Source: Chiloscyllium plagiosum
Taxonomy: Eukaryota
Length of the DNA stretch: 64,000 nt
Assembly: GCF_004010195.1 (NCBI RefSeq)
Contig: NC_057719.1
Location: 10,907,974 to 10,971,973, forward strand
Reading direction: 5' to 3'
Below are positions 1 through 12,880 of this stretch, piece by piece (position 1 is the first letter of the stretch; every line of letters starts with the position of its first letter). The position numbers and the translations under genes are program-made. The notes under the pieces were generated by a model, which saw only the letters and a program-made list of their open reading frames with translations, had not been told where the DNA came from and did not search any database.

Positions 1-429
1 CTCCTATCTCTGTGATCATTTCTCCATGTTAAAAATCACTGCATGTGAGCAGGTAGGAAGGGCCAAAGCTGACACAGAATTTGCTCATTCAAAAAGTAAC
101 ATCAAGATCACAATGCTCAACTAAAACATGCACATTATTAGTGAGAAATAGTGATTCTCTTTTGTGTAACATCTCAGAATCATTTCCATTTCCAATGTCT
201 AGAGAGTTTAAATACAATGCATTCTGCACGAGATGCAGCTTCACCCGAGTGTGACGGCCTGTCAATAATGCTCCTTCACTTTCTGCTTCTCCCCTCAGCC
301 AAGCTAACCCTTGTTTAAAAGATTAAAAATTAAACATTAACATGTTCCTTCTCAGTGTAAATCACCGTGCTAGAACCAGCTCCTCACTTCGATCCTCCCT
401 CTAGTGCATGCCACTAAAATATATAATTC

Positions 430-640
430 CTAACCTGGCCAAGTAAACTCAACAGGGGATTCGGGAGAATGCTCTTCACCCAGACAGTGGTTAGAACTTG
501 GAACCCTCTCGCACAAAAAGTGACTGGGTGAACAGTTTGATACAAATACAGGGGTATGGGGAGAAAACAGGGGATATGCACTGGGTAACAAGGCTTGTTT
601 GAACGCATGACTCCTTCTGCACTGTAACACCTCTGTATCA
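430..640 (+). mobile_element. CR1-type LINE 3' fragment (degenerate)
   Basis: ctcttcacccagacagtggttagaacttggaac resembles the CR1 ORF2 C-terminal FFTQRVV..WN motif, followed by a 3' UTR-like tail. Confidence 0.65.
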
Positions 641-1380
641 CAGTCTCAAAGTAAGGGGTAAACCGTAGGACTGAGATGAGAAAGAATTTCTTAACTTATA
701 GGAAAGACGTGGAAGCTTTAGAGAGAGTGCAGAGGAGATTTACCAGGATGCTTATGAAGGGAGCTAGGGCTTTTCTCACTTGAACAAAGAAGGACGAAAG
801 GTGACTTGTTAGAGGTGGACAAGCTGTTGAGAGGCATAGATAGAGTGGATAATCAGTGACTTTTCCGAAGGGCAGAAATGTCTATCACGAGGGGGCATAG
901 CTTTAAGGTGATTGGAGGAAGGTTTAAGGGAGATGTCAGAGGGAGGATCTTTCTCAAAGAGAGGTTGATGCGTTGAATACACTGCCAAAAGTGGTAGTAG
1001 AGTCACATATATTAGGGACATTTAAACATTTCTTGGATAGACACATGGAAGATAGTACAATGAAGGGTATGTAGATTAGTCTGATCTTAGAGTAAGATAA
1101 AAGGCTGGCACAACATCAAGGCCGAAGGGCCTGTACTGTGCTGTAATGTTCTATGTTCACTCAGAGAATTGCGAACCTGTTGCATTCTCTATCACAGAAA
1201 GCTGCTGGGGCCAGGTCATTAGATATACTTAAGAGGGAGCTGGGCATGGCCCTTGCAGTCAAAAGAATCAAGGGGTATGGAGAGAGCGTGGGAGTGGGAT
1301 ACTGAAAATGCATGATCAGCCATGATCACATTGAATGGTGGTGCAGGCAGGACGGGCCGAATGGACCTATTGTCTATGTG
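640..1380 (+). mobile_element. Nested CR1/HER1 3' ends: a copy at ~693-1158 inserted into an older copy (640-692 + 1159-1380)
   Basis: The inner copy encodes ..LERVQRRFTRML.. and ends ggccgaagggcctgtactgtgctgtaatgttctatgttc; the outer copy reads gagaaagaatttctt / actcagaga.. across the insertion. Confidence 0.75.
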
Positions 1381-2224
1381 ATTCTGTGAATAGTACAGAT
1401 GACTTAAAAGGAAAATGAGACAAACCACATGCGGATAAAAGAAGTAGAACAGAATGCTGCCAATATGAAATGAAGAGAAGGTGGGGGAGGCTCAGTGGAG
1501 ACTAAATCCTCTGTGATAAGACTTGACCGTCGCAGCAACTGTTACCAGCCCCTGAGAAAACGTGCTGATTCAGATTTGTTTGAAACGGGATTTTCTGATT
1601 CTCTTCACCCTCTCGGACATGAGTGGTGCTTTTGTCCTGACAGCCTGCCTGCGCTGTACTCGAAAAAAAATAGGTGCCATCTGTTGTCAAATGAAACCAG
1701 TTTTCACTTCAGTGCCTTCTTCAGCTGAGACACATCTTCCCGAGCAGAGTCACTGATGACCCACGTTTCCACACAACAAAACCACAAAACAAAATGCACT
1801 GCCTCCACACTATAATGTGACAATTGCTTGTGCAGATATTTTTTTTAAGTGAGAAATCGGAAGTAAAACCCAAAGAAACACAGTATCAGGCAATATGAGG
1901 AAGGACATGCAAACTAAAATGGAGTTTAGTGAACAGATGTACTATAGCAGAAGACAAATATTACTCTGTCCTTTCTCCTCCAGGAGAATATGTTACCTTA
2001 ACTTGTCCAAATACCGCTTCCACTTCAAACTCCAAACAGTAAAATGTCACTAACTGTTTTTTGTTTCACATGTATCAGAGAGCTCACAAGGTGCTGGATA
2101 AGCAGCCACAATAGAGATGACAGAGTTTACTAGGGGCAGACTCAGAGAAAATACAGCACAAGGTCCACAGCAAATACCTGAGAAATATATCAGATTAGTC
2201 TCCCAAGAGACATGTCAGACTCAG

Positions 2225-5065
2225 GAGATACTCAGGGACAGGAGATACCTGAGAGAGATTACAAAGGGACAGGAGATACCTGAGAGAGATTACACAGGGA
2301 CAGGAGATACCTGAGAGAGACTAAACAGGGACAAGAGATACCTGAAAGAGATTAAACAGGGCAGGAGATACCCGAGAGAGATTAAACAGGGACAAGAGAT
2401 ACCTGAGAGAGATTACACAGGGGCAGGAGATACCTGAGAGAGATTACACAGGGCAGGAGATACCGGAGAGAGATTACACAGGCACAGGAGATACCTGAGA
2501 GAGATTACACAGGGCAGGAGATACCTGAGAGAGATTACAAAGGGCAGGAGATACCTGAGAGAGATTACACAGTGCAGGAGATACCTGAGAGAGATTACAC
2601 AGGCACAGGAGATACCTGAGAGAGATTATACAGGGCAGGAGATACCTGAGAGAGATTACAAAGCGCAGAGATACCTGAGAGAGATTACACAGGGACAGGA
2701 GATACCTGAGAGAGATTAAACAGGGACAAGAGATACCTGACAGAGATTACACAGGGACAGGAGATACCTGAGAGAGATTATACAGGGGCAGGAGATACCT
2801 GAGAGAGATTACACGGGGACAGGAGATACCTGAGAGAGATTACACAGGGTCAGGAGATACCTGAGAGAGATTATATAGGGGCAGGAGATACCTGAGAGAG
2901 ATTATACAGGGACAGGAGATACCTGAGAGCGATTACACAGGGACAGGAGATACCTGTGAGCGGTTGCACAGGGACAGAAGATACCTGTGAGAGATTACAC
3001 AGGGACAGGAGATACCTGAGAGAGATTATACAGGGTCAGGAGATACCTGAGAGAGATTACACAGGGTCAGGAGATACCTGAGAGAGATTATACAGGGGCA
3101 GGAGATACCTGAGAGAGATTACACAGGGACAGGAGATACCTGTGAGAGATTACACAGGGACAGAAGATACCTGTGAGAGATTACACAGGGACAGGAGATA
3201 GCTGTGAGCAGTTACACCGGGATAAGAGATACCTGAGAGAGATTACACAGGAATTGGAGATTCCGGAGAGAGATCACACCGGGGCAGGAGATACCTGAGA
3301 GATTACCCAGGGTCAGGAGATACCTGAGAGCGATTATACAGGTACAGGAAATACCTGAGAGAGATTACACAGGGACAGGGTATACCTGAGAGAGATTATA
3401 CAGGGACAGGGTATACCTGAGAGAGATTACACAGGGTCAGGAGATACCTGAGAGAGATTACACAGGGACAGGAGTTACCTGAGAGAGATTATACAGGGTC
3501 AGGAGATACCTGAGAGAGATTATACAGGGTCAGGAGATACCTGAGAGAGATTACACAGGGACAGGGTATACCTGAGAGAGATTATACAGGGACAGGGTAT
3601 ACCTGAGAGCGATTACACAGGGACAGGGTATACCTGAGAGAGATTATACAGGGACAGGGTATACCTGAGAGATTACGCAGGGACAGAGTTACCTGAGAGA
3701 GATTACACAGGGACAGGGTATACCTGAGAGATATTATACAGGGACAGGAGATACCTGAGAGATTACACAGGGACAGAGGATACCTGAGAGAGATTACACA
3801 GGGGCAGGAGATACTGAGAGAGATTACACAGGGACAGGAGATACCTATGAGAGATTACACAGGGACAGGAGATACCTGTGAGCGGTTGGACAGGGACAGA
3901 AGATACCTGAGAGAGATTACATAGGGACAGGAGATACATGTGAGAGATTACACAGGGAGAGCAGATACCTGAGAGAGATTACACAGGGACAGGAGATACC
4001 TGTGAGCAGTTACACCGGGATAAGAGATACCTGAGAGAGATTACACAGGAATTGGAGATACCGGAGAGAGATGACACAGGGGCAGGAGATACCTGAGAGA
4101 TTACCCAGGAGCAGGAAATACCTGAGAGATTATACAGGGGCAGGAGATAGCTGAGAGAGATTACACAGGGACAGAGAATACCTGAGAGAGATTACACAGG
4201 GACAGGAGATACCTGAGAGAGATTACACAGGGACAGGAGATACCTGAGAGAGATTACACAGGGACAGGAAATACCTGAGAGAGATTACATAGGGTCAGGA
4301 GATACCTGAGAGAGATTATACAGGGACAGGAAATACCTGAGAGAGATTACACTGGGACAGAAGATACCTGTGAGAGATTACACAGGGACAGGAGATAACT
4401 GTGAGCAGTTACACCGGGATAAGAGATACCTGAGAGAGATTACACAGGAATTGGAGATACCGGAGAGATATCACATCGGGGCAGGAGATACCTGAGAGAT
4501 TACACAGGAGCAGGAGATACCTGAGAGAGATTACACAGGGACAGGAGATACCTGAGAGAGATTACACAGGGACAGGGTATACCTGAGAGAGATTACACAG
4601 GGACAGGAGATACCTGAGAGGTTACACAGGGACAGAGGATAGCTGAGAGAGATTACACAGGGACAGAGGATACCTGAGAGAGATTACACAGGGACAGGAG
4701 ATACCTGAGAGATTACACAGGGACAGAGGATACGTGAGAGAGATTACACAGGGGCAGAAGATACCTGAGAGAGATTACACAGGGACAGGAGATACCTGAG
4801 AGAGATTGCACGGGGACAGGAGATACCTGAGAGAGATTATACAGGGGACAGGAGATACCTGAGAGAGATTACACAGGGCAGGAGATACCTGAGAGATATT
4901 ACACAGGGACAGGAGATACCTGAGAGAGATTGCACGGGGACAGGAGATACCTGAGAGAGATTAAACAGGGAGAGGAGATACCTGAGATATTTTACAGGGT
5001 CAGGAGATGCCTGAGAGATTACGCAAGGACAAGAGATACCTGAGTGATTACGCAAGGACAGGAGA
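2225..5065 (+). repeat. Minisatellite, ~31-bp unit GGAGATACCTGAGAGAGATTACACAGGGACA, roughly 90 copies
   Basis: Directly visible tandem array with 29-32 bp variant units. Confidence 0.98.
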
Positions 5066-5172
5066 TTAGATTAGATTAGATTAGTTACCTTGTGGAAACA
5101 GGCCTTTCAGCCCTACAAGTCCACACCGATCCGCTGAAGCGCAACCCTCCCATACCCCTACATTTACCCCTT
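5065..5172 (-). mobile_element. HE1-like SINE 3' tail with (ATTAG)n
   Basis: Reverse complement of the SINE tail at 18180-18260 (..ggcctgtatccacactgtagggaatctaatctaat). Confidence 0.8.
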
Positions 5173-6057
5173 CACAGATAGCTGATAGTGATTACACTGA
5201 GTAGGATATCTGAGTGACAGGAATTAGAATAGGAGTACATGACATCACTTTGACATTTCCTTGTAAGTTATCCAACATCCCAAATTAAATGTGTATTGGT
5301 ATTCTTTCACTGCGACTGGTCCGATATTCTGGAAGCACCTACCTAACAGCTCCTTTGGAGCATGAGATGACAATTACCCAGAAAACAAGTGTTCAAAGAG
5401 GTTGTCCATGTTCACTGTCCCAAAGTAACCAGAATTGGGCTATAAATTCTGCCTTTTTTTACTGAAGCTGATGTTGCACCAATTACTTTAATGGAAAGAT
5501 AAGGAGTGGCATTATCTGAAAGGCACCAGAGCAATAATGGGAGACATGGAAAGAGAATGGGAATGGGATACTGAGATTGCATGACCAGCCATGATCGTAT
5601 TGAATGGTGGTGCGGGCTCAAAAGACCGAATGGCCTCCCCCTGCACCTATACTCTATGTTTCTTTGTCTATGTTGCAAATCTGAGATGCTCAAGATCCCC
5701 AAATTGGAAGAACACAGAAATCTCAGTGGGTTGTAGAGCTGGAGAAAGTTAAATAGATGGGTGAGGTGAGGCAATGGAGGGGTTTGAAGACAAGATGAGA
5801 AAATGACACGATGAGAATGGAAAATTGCAGTTTTGCTTGACCAGTAGCCAATGTATATCAGTAAAGCTGAGATGATGTTTAAAGATGGGAGTAAAACCAG
5901 AAAGACATGAAATAGGCAATCCTCAAAATAACCAAGACATCTTTACAGGATTCAGCAACAGATGCACTGATACCAGGTCAATATTGGGTATCACTATCGT
6001 GGTGTGAACAGGTATCCCTCATGACATATTCAAAGCCTCATAGGTATTTATCTGCCA

Positions 6058-6410
6058 TATTCATTCATGGGAAATGGGCGTCATTGGCTAGGTCAGCATT
6101 TAGCGCCCATTACTAATTTCCCAGAGGGCAATTAACATTGCTGTGGGTCTAGAGTCACATGTAGGCCAGACTGGATAAGGATGGCAGATTTCCTTCCCCA
6201 AAGTACTTTCGTGAATCAGATTAGTTTTTACGATTCTTGTTATGAGATCACTGTTAGATTAATTTATTTTAAAAATTATTTACCAAATTATTTTTATTGA
6301 ATTTACATTTCACCAGCAGCCATGGTGGGATTTGAACCCATATCCCCAAAACATTAGCCTGCGCTGCTGGATTATTAGTTCAGTGACATTACCACTACAT
6401 CACCACACCA
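6058..6410 (-). mobile_element. tRNA-derived SINE sharing head and tail with LINE family 2
   Basis: Minus strand carries a B-box-like GGTTCAAATCC and a tail similar to gggcaataaatgctggcc; same family as 23975-24385, 30850-31145 and 55735-56070. Confidence 0.75.
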
Positions 6411-6594
6411 GAGAAATATAGGAGATGAAAGCAGGAATATTTCATAAAATTTTCAACTGCACTGTTGTGATAGATTCTATGTGGGAGTGATTATACATAA
6501 TATAAAAACTAGTCAGTGACAATTATAAAGGTTTAATTACTTGCTATCCTAACTTGGAACTACATTGCTGTTTCTTCAGTGTCACTGGAACCCC

Positions 6595-7120
6595 TTCCTC
6601 ATGTACATATGATTGACAGCAAGAGTACATCATTTGGCCCTTTGAACTCAACGACCTCAACTCCACATTCCTGCCTGTACCTCAAAATTTTCATTCCCTT
6701 GTTGACCAGAAATGTATCCACCTCTACTTTAAAGATATTCAAGGACTCTGCTTCCAACACGTTTTGAGGAACAGAGCTCCAACAAAGCACCACCCTCAGA
6801 GAGAGGATTTCTTGTCATCTCTGTCTTAAATGGGTTGAACCTGATTTTTTTAAACTGTGATCTCTAGTTCTAGATTCTTCCACAATCCTTTCCATTTTCA
6901 CTCTGCGCAGACCCCTCAGGATTTTGTATGTTTCATTCAAAACATGTCTTATTCTTCAAAACTCAAATGAATACAGGCAGTCCCTGGGTGATGAACGCAT
7001 GAGTCCATTCATAAGTTACTATGTTTCATCCTCAAAATTAAGAGCATTGTGAGATCTTGCCCGTTTGTACCAGTATTTGTAAGTTGGAGATTGTCCAATG
7101 TTTCCTCATAAGACAACCTA
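6595..7120 (-). mobile_element. CR1 LINE 3' fragment
   Basis: ORF 6599-6793 W.SVPQNVLEAESLNIFKVEVDTFL resembles the CR1 ORF2 C-terminus. Confidence 0.75.
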
Positions 7121-7799
7121 TTCTAACAGCACTGTGGGGCCACCCGCCCACTACAATGATGCATTGCTCAACAAGGTGGCTATCTCAATCCTTCTCAAGG
7201 GTTCTGAGGGACGGGCAATAATTGCTGGCCTCATCTGAAATGTTCACGTCCTGGAATGGATATTTTTCAATAATGAACTATTGTACTTTTGTTTTACATG
7301 TTAGGTTAGTAAGAATTCTACTCCGGAAATAATGCTATCACTTGGCGTAATGACCAAGGAATAGTATACCAGTAAGGCCAGGGAAAAGGAGGACAGATTC
7401 TGGATGAAAATGAACAACATCCCATTCAGGACAGATGACGATTGAGAAGACAGTGAACTTGAAATCAACTGCAGAGCAGAGTTTATAAACATTAAACTTG
7501 TATAAAAGTAGTAATACTGGACTCTACAAATTGAGTTCAATGTCAATAAATTTAATGAGTTTATATCTGAGGCACTTTTATTCGAAATTTCTGTTCGGTG
7601 CTTTTTTTGCTGTATATCAAAGTAAAGAAAACAATTGAGAATAAATAATTTTCTAATTTTTCAGCATGAGGCTCCTCAGCTTTAAGGATAATACTCTGGT
7701 CTCCTGCTACAATGCTATCCACAGAACATCATTCCCTTCCTGTGATAGTGAGAATTTCATTTCTTTGGGAATTGTTATGCTGCAGTCAAGCCAAATAGG

Positions 7800-7880
7800 A
7801 TGAGAGAGAGGGAGGGAGAGAGAGAGAAAGAGAAACAGAGGAAGATAGAGCAAACGAGAGACAAACATAGATAGAGACAA
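7800..7880 (+). repeat. GA-rich low-complexity tract
   Basis: gagagagagggagggagagagagagaaagagaaacagag. Confidence 0.85.
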
Positions 7881-7949
7881 GACTCTCTTTCTATCAGTCA
7901 GAGGCTTAGAGATTATCAAACCTCCAAAGGACTTTAAGGATGGATTAAA

Positions 7950-8042
7950 AAAAAATGCAAACTGCTGAAAATCCATAGCACAACTGACAGCATCAGTAGA
8001 GAGAAAAGATGAGTTTAGGATTTCAGCTGTGGGCCCTTCAAG
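7950..8042 (-). mobile_element. Penelope-derived short repeat, family B (degenerate single arm)
   Basis: ctgctgaaaatccatagcacaactgacagcatcagtagagagaaaagatgagttt..ttcagc..cccttca is similar to 28260-28362. Confidence 0.5.
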
Positions 8043-8429
8043 AGAGTTGCTTAAAGCAGTAACTTGGAATTTTCAACTGCAGTAATCTTCCAGTTATAAG
8101 GAGTTTCACAATGTTCTGTTTGACAAAGCTCCTGTTTTCATGTCTTCTCCTGAAAAATTGGCTCCTAAATGCAGGGAGATTGGACAAGGAGATAAATTCC
8201 AATTAAAATCATGGGTGAACAGAAAGACCATTACTAGTAAGGCTTGTGCTCCTTTGTGTCTCATAGTGCTGTGCTACACTGGCTGCTCCTGCATACAAGT
8301 TGCCCTTGATAATAGCAGCAGGTTGAATGGGCCCTCAGGCAGCACTGGGCATTTGCCCAACAACAAAACAAAAATTAATCCGTTCCAATAAAATTAGTTT
8401 AAGCAAAAAAAAATCTGACAGGAGAGAAA

Positions 8430-8473
8430 GGGGGCGAGGAATGGGGGCGAGGAATGGGGGCGAGGAATGGGGG
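8430..8473 (+). repeat. 13-bp tandem repeat (GGGGGCGAGGAAT)x3 + GGGGG
   Basis: Direct reading. Confidence 0.95.
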
Positions 8474-8829
8474 AATAACGGCTTTCTTGCTGCCCCTGCA
8501 GCTTATTCCCGCCATAGCAAGCACCCATTCCGTCCAAAAGTATTCTCACGATGAAGGATGGGGTCTCTATCAGGTGTGGTATGATCACAAAACCTGGCAT
8601 TGAGAACCTAAAGAGCACCATATTCAGCAGGGCAATAGAACCATTAACTCCTTACGTCCTGCGGAGGTTAAAACTGGTCTGACCAAGAAACAGGCCCCCA
8701 TGTTGCTAGTGTTGTTGAAAGTATATTTCCATTCGCACTGCTGTTTCTGAAAGGCTCACTGTGAATGGAGGTAATATCATTTGATGCTAGCGTGTGGGTG
8801 GAAGGGGGGAAACAGGCACATAATGTGTC

Positions 8830-11570
8830 CCACTGATGGACTACATGGAGAATTAAAGATATTAAAGCATGAGGATTGTAATGTTGCCAAAAAGAGCTGA
8901 GAGCCGGAGGATCGAGTAGATTTTAGAATTCAGTAGAGGATAAGAAATTGGTAAAGTGAGAGAATATGAGAGTACTAAGAGAGACATGAGAACAGATTAT
9001 AGACTATTCCATTGGTATTGCAACAGGAAGAGACAGCTGAAAGTAATCACAAGCCCCTCGGAGGCAGGGACAAGTGAATGGGGATTAATGGGAAAGTAGG
9101 ACATGGGAGAGATTTTAAACAAACACTTCATGGCAGAAGATACAAAAGACATTATGAAAATGCAGAATTAAGGTTCTAAGAAGAATGAGGAATGAAAGCT
9201 GATAAATCCCCATGGCCTGATAACCCACATCTCGGAGGACTAAAGGAGGTGCCCATGGAAATAGTGGAAACGTTGGTTGCACCTTACAAAATTCTGAAGA
9301 TTCTGGAACCATCCTGGCAGATTGGAGGTTAGAAAATAAAACATCTCTATTTAAAAAAAGGAGAGAGAGAGAAAACTGGAAATTATAGACTGGATTAGCT
9401 TAACATCAGCAGCAGGGAAATTGCTGATGACTTTTATTAAATAAAGGTGATAAGCCACAACTGACTGGGCTAGCACGAGAAATCAAGTCACAAAAGTGAA
9501 ATATTTTGAAATAAGTATACAAGATTCCCTAATTTACCTGATTTTCAGACTCAGGTAGAAAGAAATCTTGGACCAGATTTGTGTACAACTTATTCCAAAT
9601 AATTAGAGTCTAGCTACAGGTAAATAGTTACAAACCATCAGCATACAACAGTACAAATGAAAATTCTAATCTTCTTATAAATTCTCCCTTACACACCCAC
9701 ACAAATAGACAAATAGACAGGGAAGCTAAGTGACAGGAAGAGAAAATCTGGGAGGCAGATCAGTGACTTCTGTTCATAGGTTAGCAAAGTGATCCTTATG
9801 ATTCTTATTCTAATCAGCACATTGCTTTCTGGTCATCTTTCTCCCAATGTTCTTACTGGTTTGCAAAAGACACATAAAGTACTTCTGACTTATCTGTTAA
9901 ATGTCACAGCTTGCAACAACTGCTGAAGGGCAGATAAACTGGTTTTCCTCAGACTTGAAGTGGGTTTTGGCTGCAGAGAACAGACGGACAGCTCCTGATC
10001 TGGTGGAGATCAAAAATCACTTCTCTTTGAATCTTGTTCCCAGCCCCAAGCTGTTCAGCTGTCAGTGAATCAATCACATGGTTGTGAGCAGGCAAAAAGC
10101 TTTTGTCATCAGTAAATGGTTGCTAATCTATGAACCAATCAACCTCTTGATGCCGCCCAACAGCATCAGTACGCAACCCCTCAGTTCCAGTTCAGCTATT
10201 ATAAATCTTCATATACTGCTTGTTTAAACAGCTGCGCAAACAGCATGCTTTCCACAAGTGTCAGGTCACTTGTTTTTTGAACCATACAGCAAATCTTTCA
10301 AACATTGGTTTTAAATGAATTCTACCTCGTTTTGCCTTATAATTTTGAAAAGCATAAAAATGATACCAGGACACTTAGAAAGTACTAACAGGATTACACA
10401 AAGGCAACATGGATTTATGAAACAGAAACTGAATTTGACATACCTACTGGAATTGATTGAGGACATTTCTCACAGAATAGATGGGGGAGAACCAGTGGAT
10501 GTCGTATATTTGGATTTACAGAAAATGTTTGACAAAGCGCCATGTTAAGAGATTAGTATGCAAAATCAATGGGATTAATAGTAATTAACTGGCATGGAGC
10601 CATATTTGGATAGCAGTCAGGATGCAGAAAATAGGAATAAATGGAAGGTGTTAGTGAGTGGGATACCACAGGAATCAGTCCTTGATATTCAGAATACATA
10701 TTAACAACTTGAATGACAGAATCAAACATAATATTTCCAAATTTTCTTATGACATAAAACTAGGTGGGATTGTCAGTAGTGAGGTGGATGTAAAGAGCTG
10801 TTTAGACAAGTTCAAAAAGTGGCAGATGCAGCATAAGAAAAATAAGTGTGAAGTTGTCTGCTCAGTAAAATAAACAGAATGGCAAAGCAACAGTTATATG
10901 ATGATAGGTTGGGAAATATTGATGTACAAAGGGTGTCCTTACACACTAGCCCCTAAAAGCAAGTATGTACGTGCAGGAAGCAGCTAGGAAGGCAAAAGAT
11001 ATATGAGCCTTCATTGCAAGACAGTTTGAGTTGTAGGAGCAAGAAAGTCTTACTGCAGCTGTATAGGGCCTTGCTAAGACTACATCAAGAGTACTGTGTG
11101 TACATTTGATTTTCTTACCTAAGAAGCTAGTCATAGAGGTAGCTGTAATGGTTCACCAGTCTGATTCCTGGGATGAAATGTTTGTCATATAGAGAGGTTG
11201 GGTTGATTGGGTCTGTGCTCACTGACTCTGAGAAAAATAAGCGATCCAATTGAAACATTTAATAGTTGAAAATTCTTCAGGGACTTAGGTAAGCTGTTGT
11301 GAAAAAATATTTTCATTCCTAGCTGTGGAGTTTTAATTTAGGGGTTGGCGGAGGGTTTGGTTGCTGAGGTGTGGAAAAATTTCTGTTTTTTCAATCTCTG
11401 GACCTTGCTATCGCAGAGGTCTGTGGATGGTCAGCCCTTGAGTGCGTTGAAGGGAGAAGCTGGTCAATTTTTGGGCATGAAGGGAATTATGGGAGATTGT
11501 TGGGTGGAACTGAAATAGAAGATCAGCCAACTGCTAAACAGTGGAGCCATCCTGAGAGAGCAAAGGGCTC
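8830..11570 (+). mobile_element. Decayed CR1 LINE ORF2 (RT region), interrupted by an insertion at ~9445-10350
   Basis: GNYRLDSLTS-like at ~9380; QRQHGFMK..LTYLLELIEDI..GEPVDVVYLDLQKMFDK (ORF 10315-10548); INNLND..ISKFSYDIKLGG (ORF 10658-10873). Confidence 0.85.
9445..10350. mobile_element. ~0.9-kb unclassified insertion within CR1, possibly a solo LTR
   Basis: CR1 coding sequence stops near attaaa..gtgata and resumes at atgataccaggacacttagaa; the intervening DNA is unrelated to CR1. Confidence 0.45.
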
Positions 11571-11871
11571 CCCCAGCCTCCCTCACTAGCCTCCATGTAT
11601 ATATGTGGCACGGTGTGTGTGAATTATACCAAGCCATTAAGGTCAGGAAATCTAGATATTCCAGGGAACTCAGATGGGGCTGTGGAACAGCAATGGAGAT
11701 AGTTGTCCCTAGTCTGGAGTAGGGAAATTATGTCAATTATTATTCTGAACACTGTGTAGATGGTGCATTGAGTATTCGGACTCACCTCTGAAGATTTCCT
11801 ACATAACCTGCCAAAGTTGTTCACACTCAGTGACAGCGTGGTGAGAAAGGTATCCTCATGGACATGATCAT

Positions 11872-11962
11872 TGAAGAGTGTGGTGCTGGAAAAGCACAGC
11901 CAGCCAAGCAACATCCGAGGAGCAGGAGATTCGATGTTTCGGGCATAAGCCCTTCATCAGAT
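11872..11962 (-). mobile_element. Penelope-derived repeat, family A single arm with hammerhead-like motif
   Basis: Minus strand reads CTGATGA-AGGGCTTATGCCC-GAAACATC. Confidence 0.75.
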
Positions 11963-12667
11963 CTTAAATCACTTAATGCAAGCGCAATTAGAAATGGGCA
12001 AAAATGCATGCCTTGCTGATGACACCCATTTTCCCTGAAAGAATATTTTTAAAAAGAAGTGGCTTTACAGGTAGCTCTCTGAGCATCTGCAATAGGATTG
12101 GTTTTCAGCCTGAAATGCTGTAGGAATAATATAATCTCACCACTGGCTAACTTGAAGAATGTTACCCTGATGTACAATATTTTCCAATTTTCTCTTATGA
12201 AAGCTTCAGAACTGACCTTGAAGTCTTTTTTTAAAGTATTTCATGAGATATGAGTATTATCAACAAGGCAGTATTTACAAAATGCAGGATTGGAGCCAAG
12301 TGTAAACAGTGTGGGATAGGCTACACAATGTCCTCGCTGAAGGATATTGATAATACCAGTTGGTCTGTTTATGACTCTTTCAGATGGCAGTTAAGACTAG
12401 TCGGTCTGTAGTTTCATTGTCATTGTTACTGGCATTAACGCTGAACTCCAGATTTTGTTGAATAGGTTTACACACCACCAGCTGCCATGGTGGGATCTGA
12501 ACTGCTGGCCCCTGCGTATTAGCCTGGGCCTCTGGGTTAGGACATTACCACAGTGCCACCTTCTCTGTATGCAAGTTCTGAGTGAGTATCAAATCAGGTT
12601 CAGCTCTCTGATGGCTTGACTCAATTGGAAAGAGAACATTCCAACAGGCTCATTCTCTGTGGAGAGA

Positions 12668-12880
12668 CTAGAGTCATAAAGTCATATGGCCTTTGGTCCA
12701 ACCAGTCCGTGCTGAGTATAATGCCAAACTAAACTAGTCCCACCTGCTTGGCCCATATCCCTCCAAACATTTCCTATTCATGTATCTATCGAAATATCAT
12801 TTAAACATTGTAACTGCAGCCACATCCACCACTTCCTCTGGAAGTTCATTCCACACAAAAACCACACTATGTAAAAAAAC
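12668..12880 (-). mobile_element. HER1/CR1 LINE 3' end
   Basis: ggcccatatccctccaaacatttcctattcatgta.. matches the other HER1-like tails in the window. Confidence 0.8.

Noticed and set aside
1962..2042. Strong splice-acceptor-like tract (ctttctcctccag) followed by EYVTLTCP, an Ig-like motif
   Set aside because: The frame stops after ~19 codons, with no convincing donor or partner exons.
2225..5065. CRISPR-like array or repetitive coding region
   Set aside because: Units are contiguous with no unique spacers; the 31-bp period breaks frame and the units contain stops; the context is eukaryotic.
7301..7546. Hydrophobic ORF or possible exon
   Set aside because: No recognisable homology, and the + strand frames are interrupted by stops.
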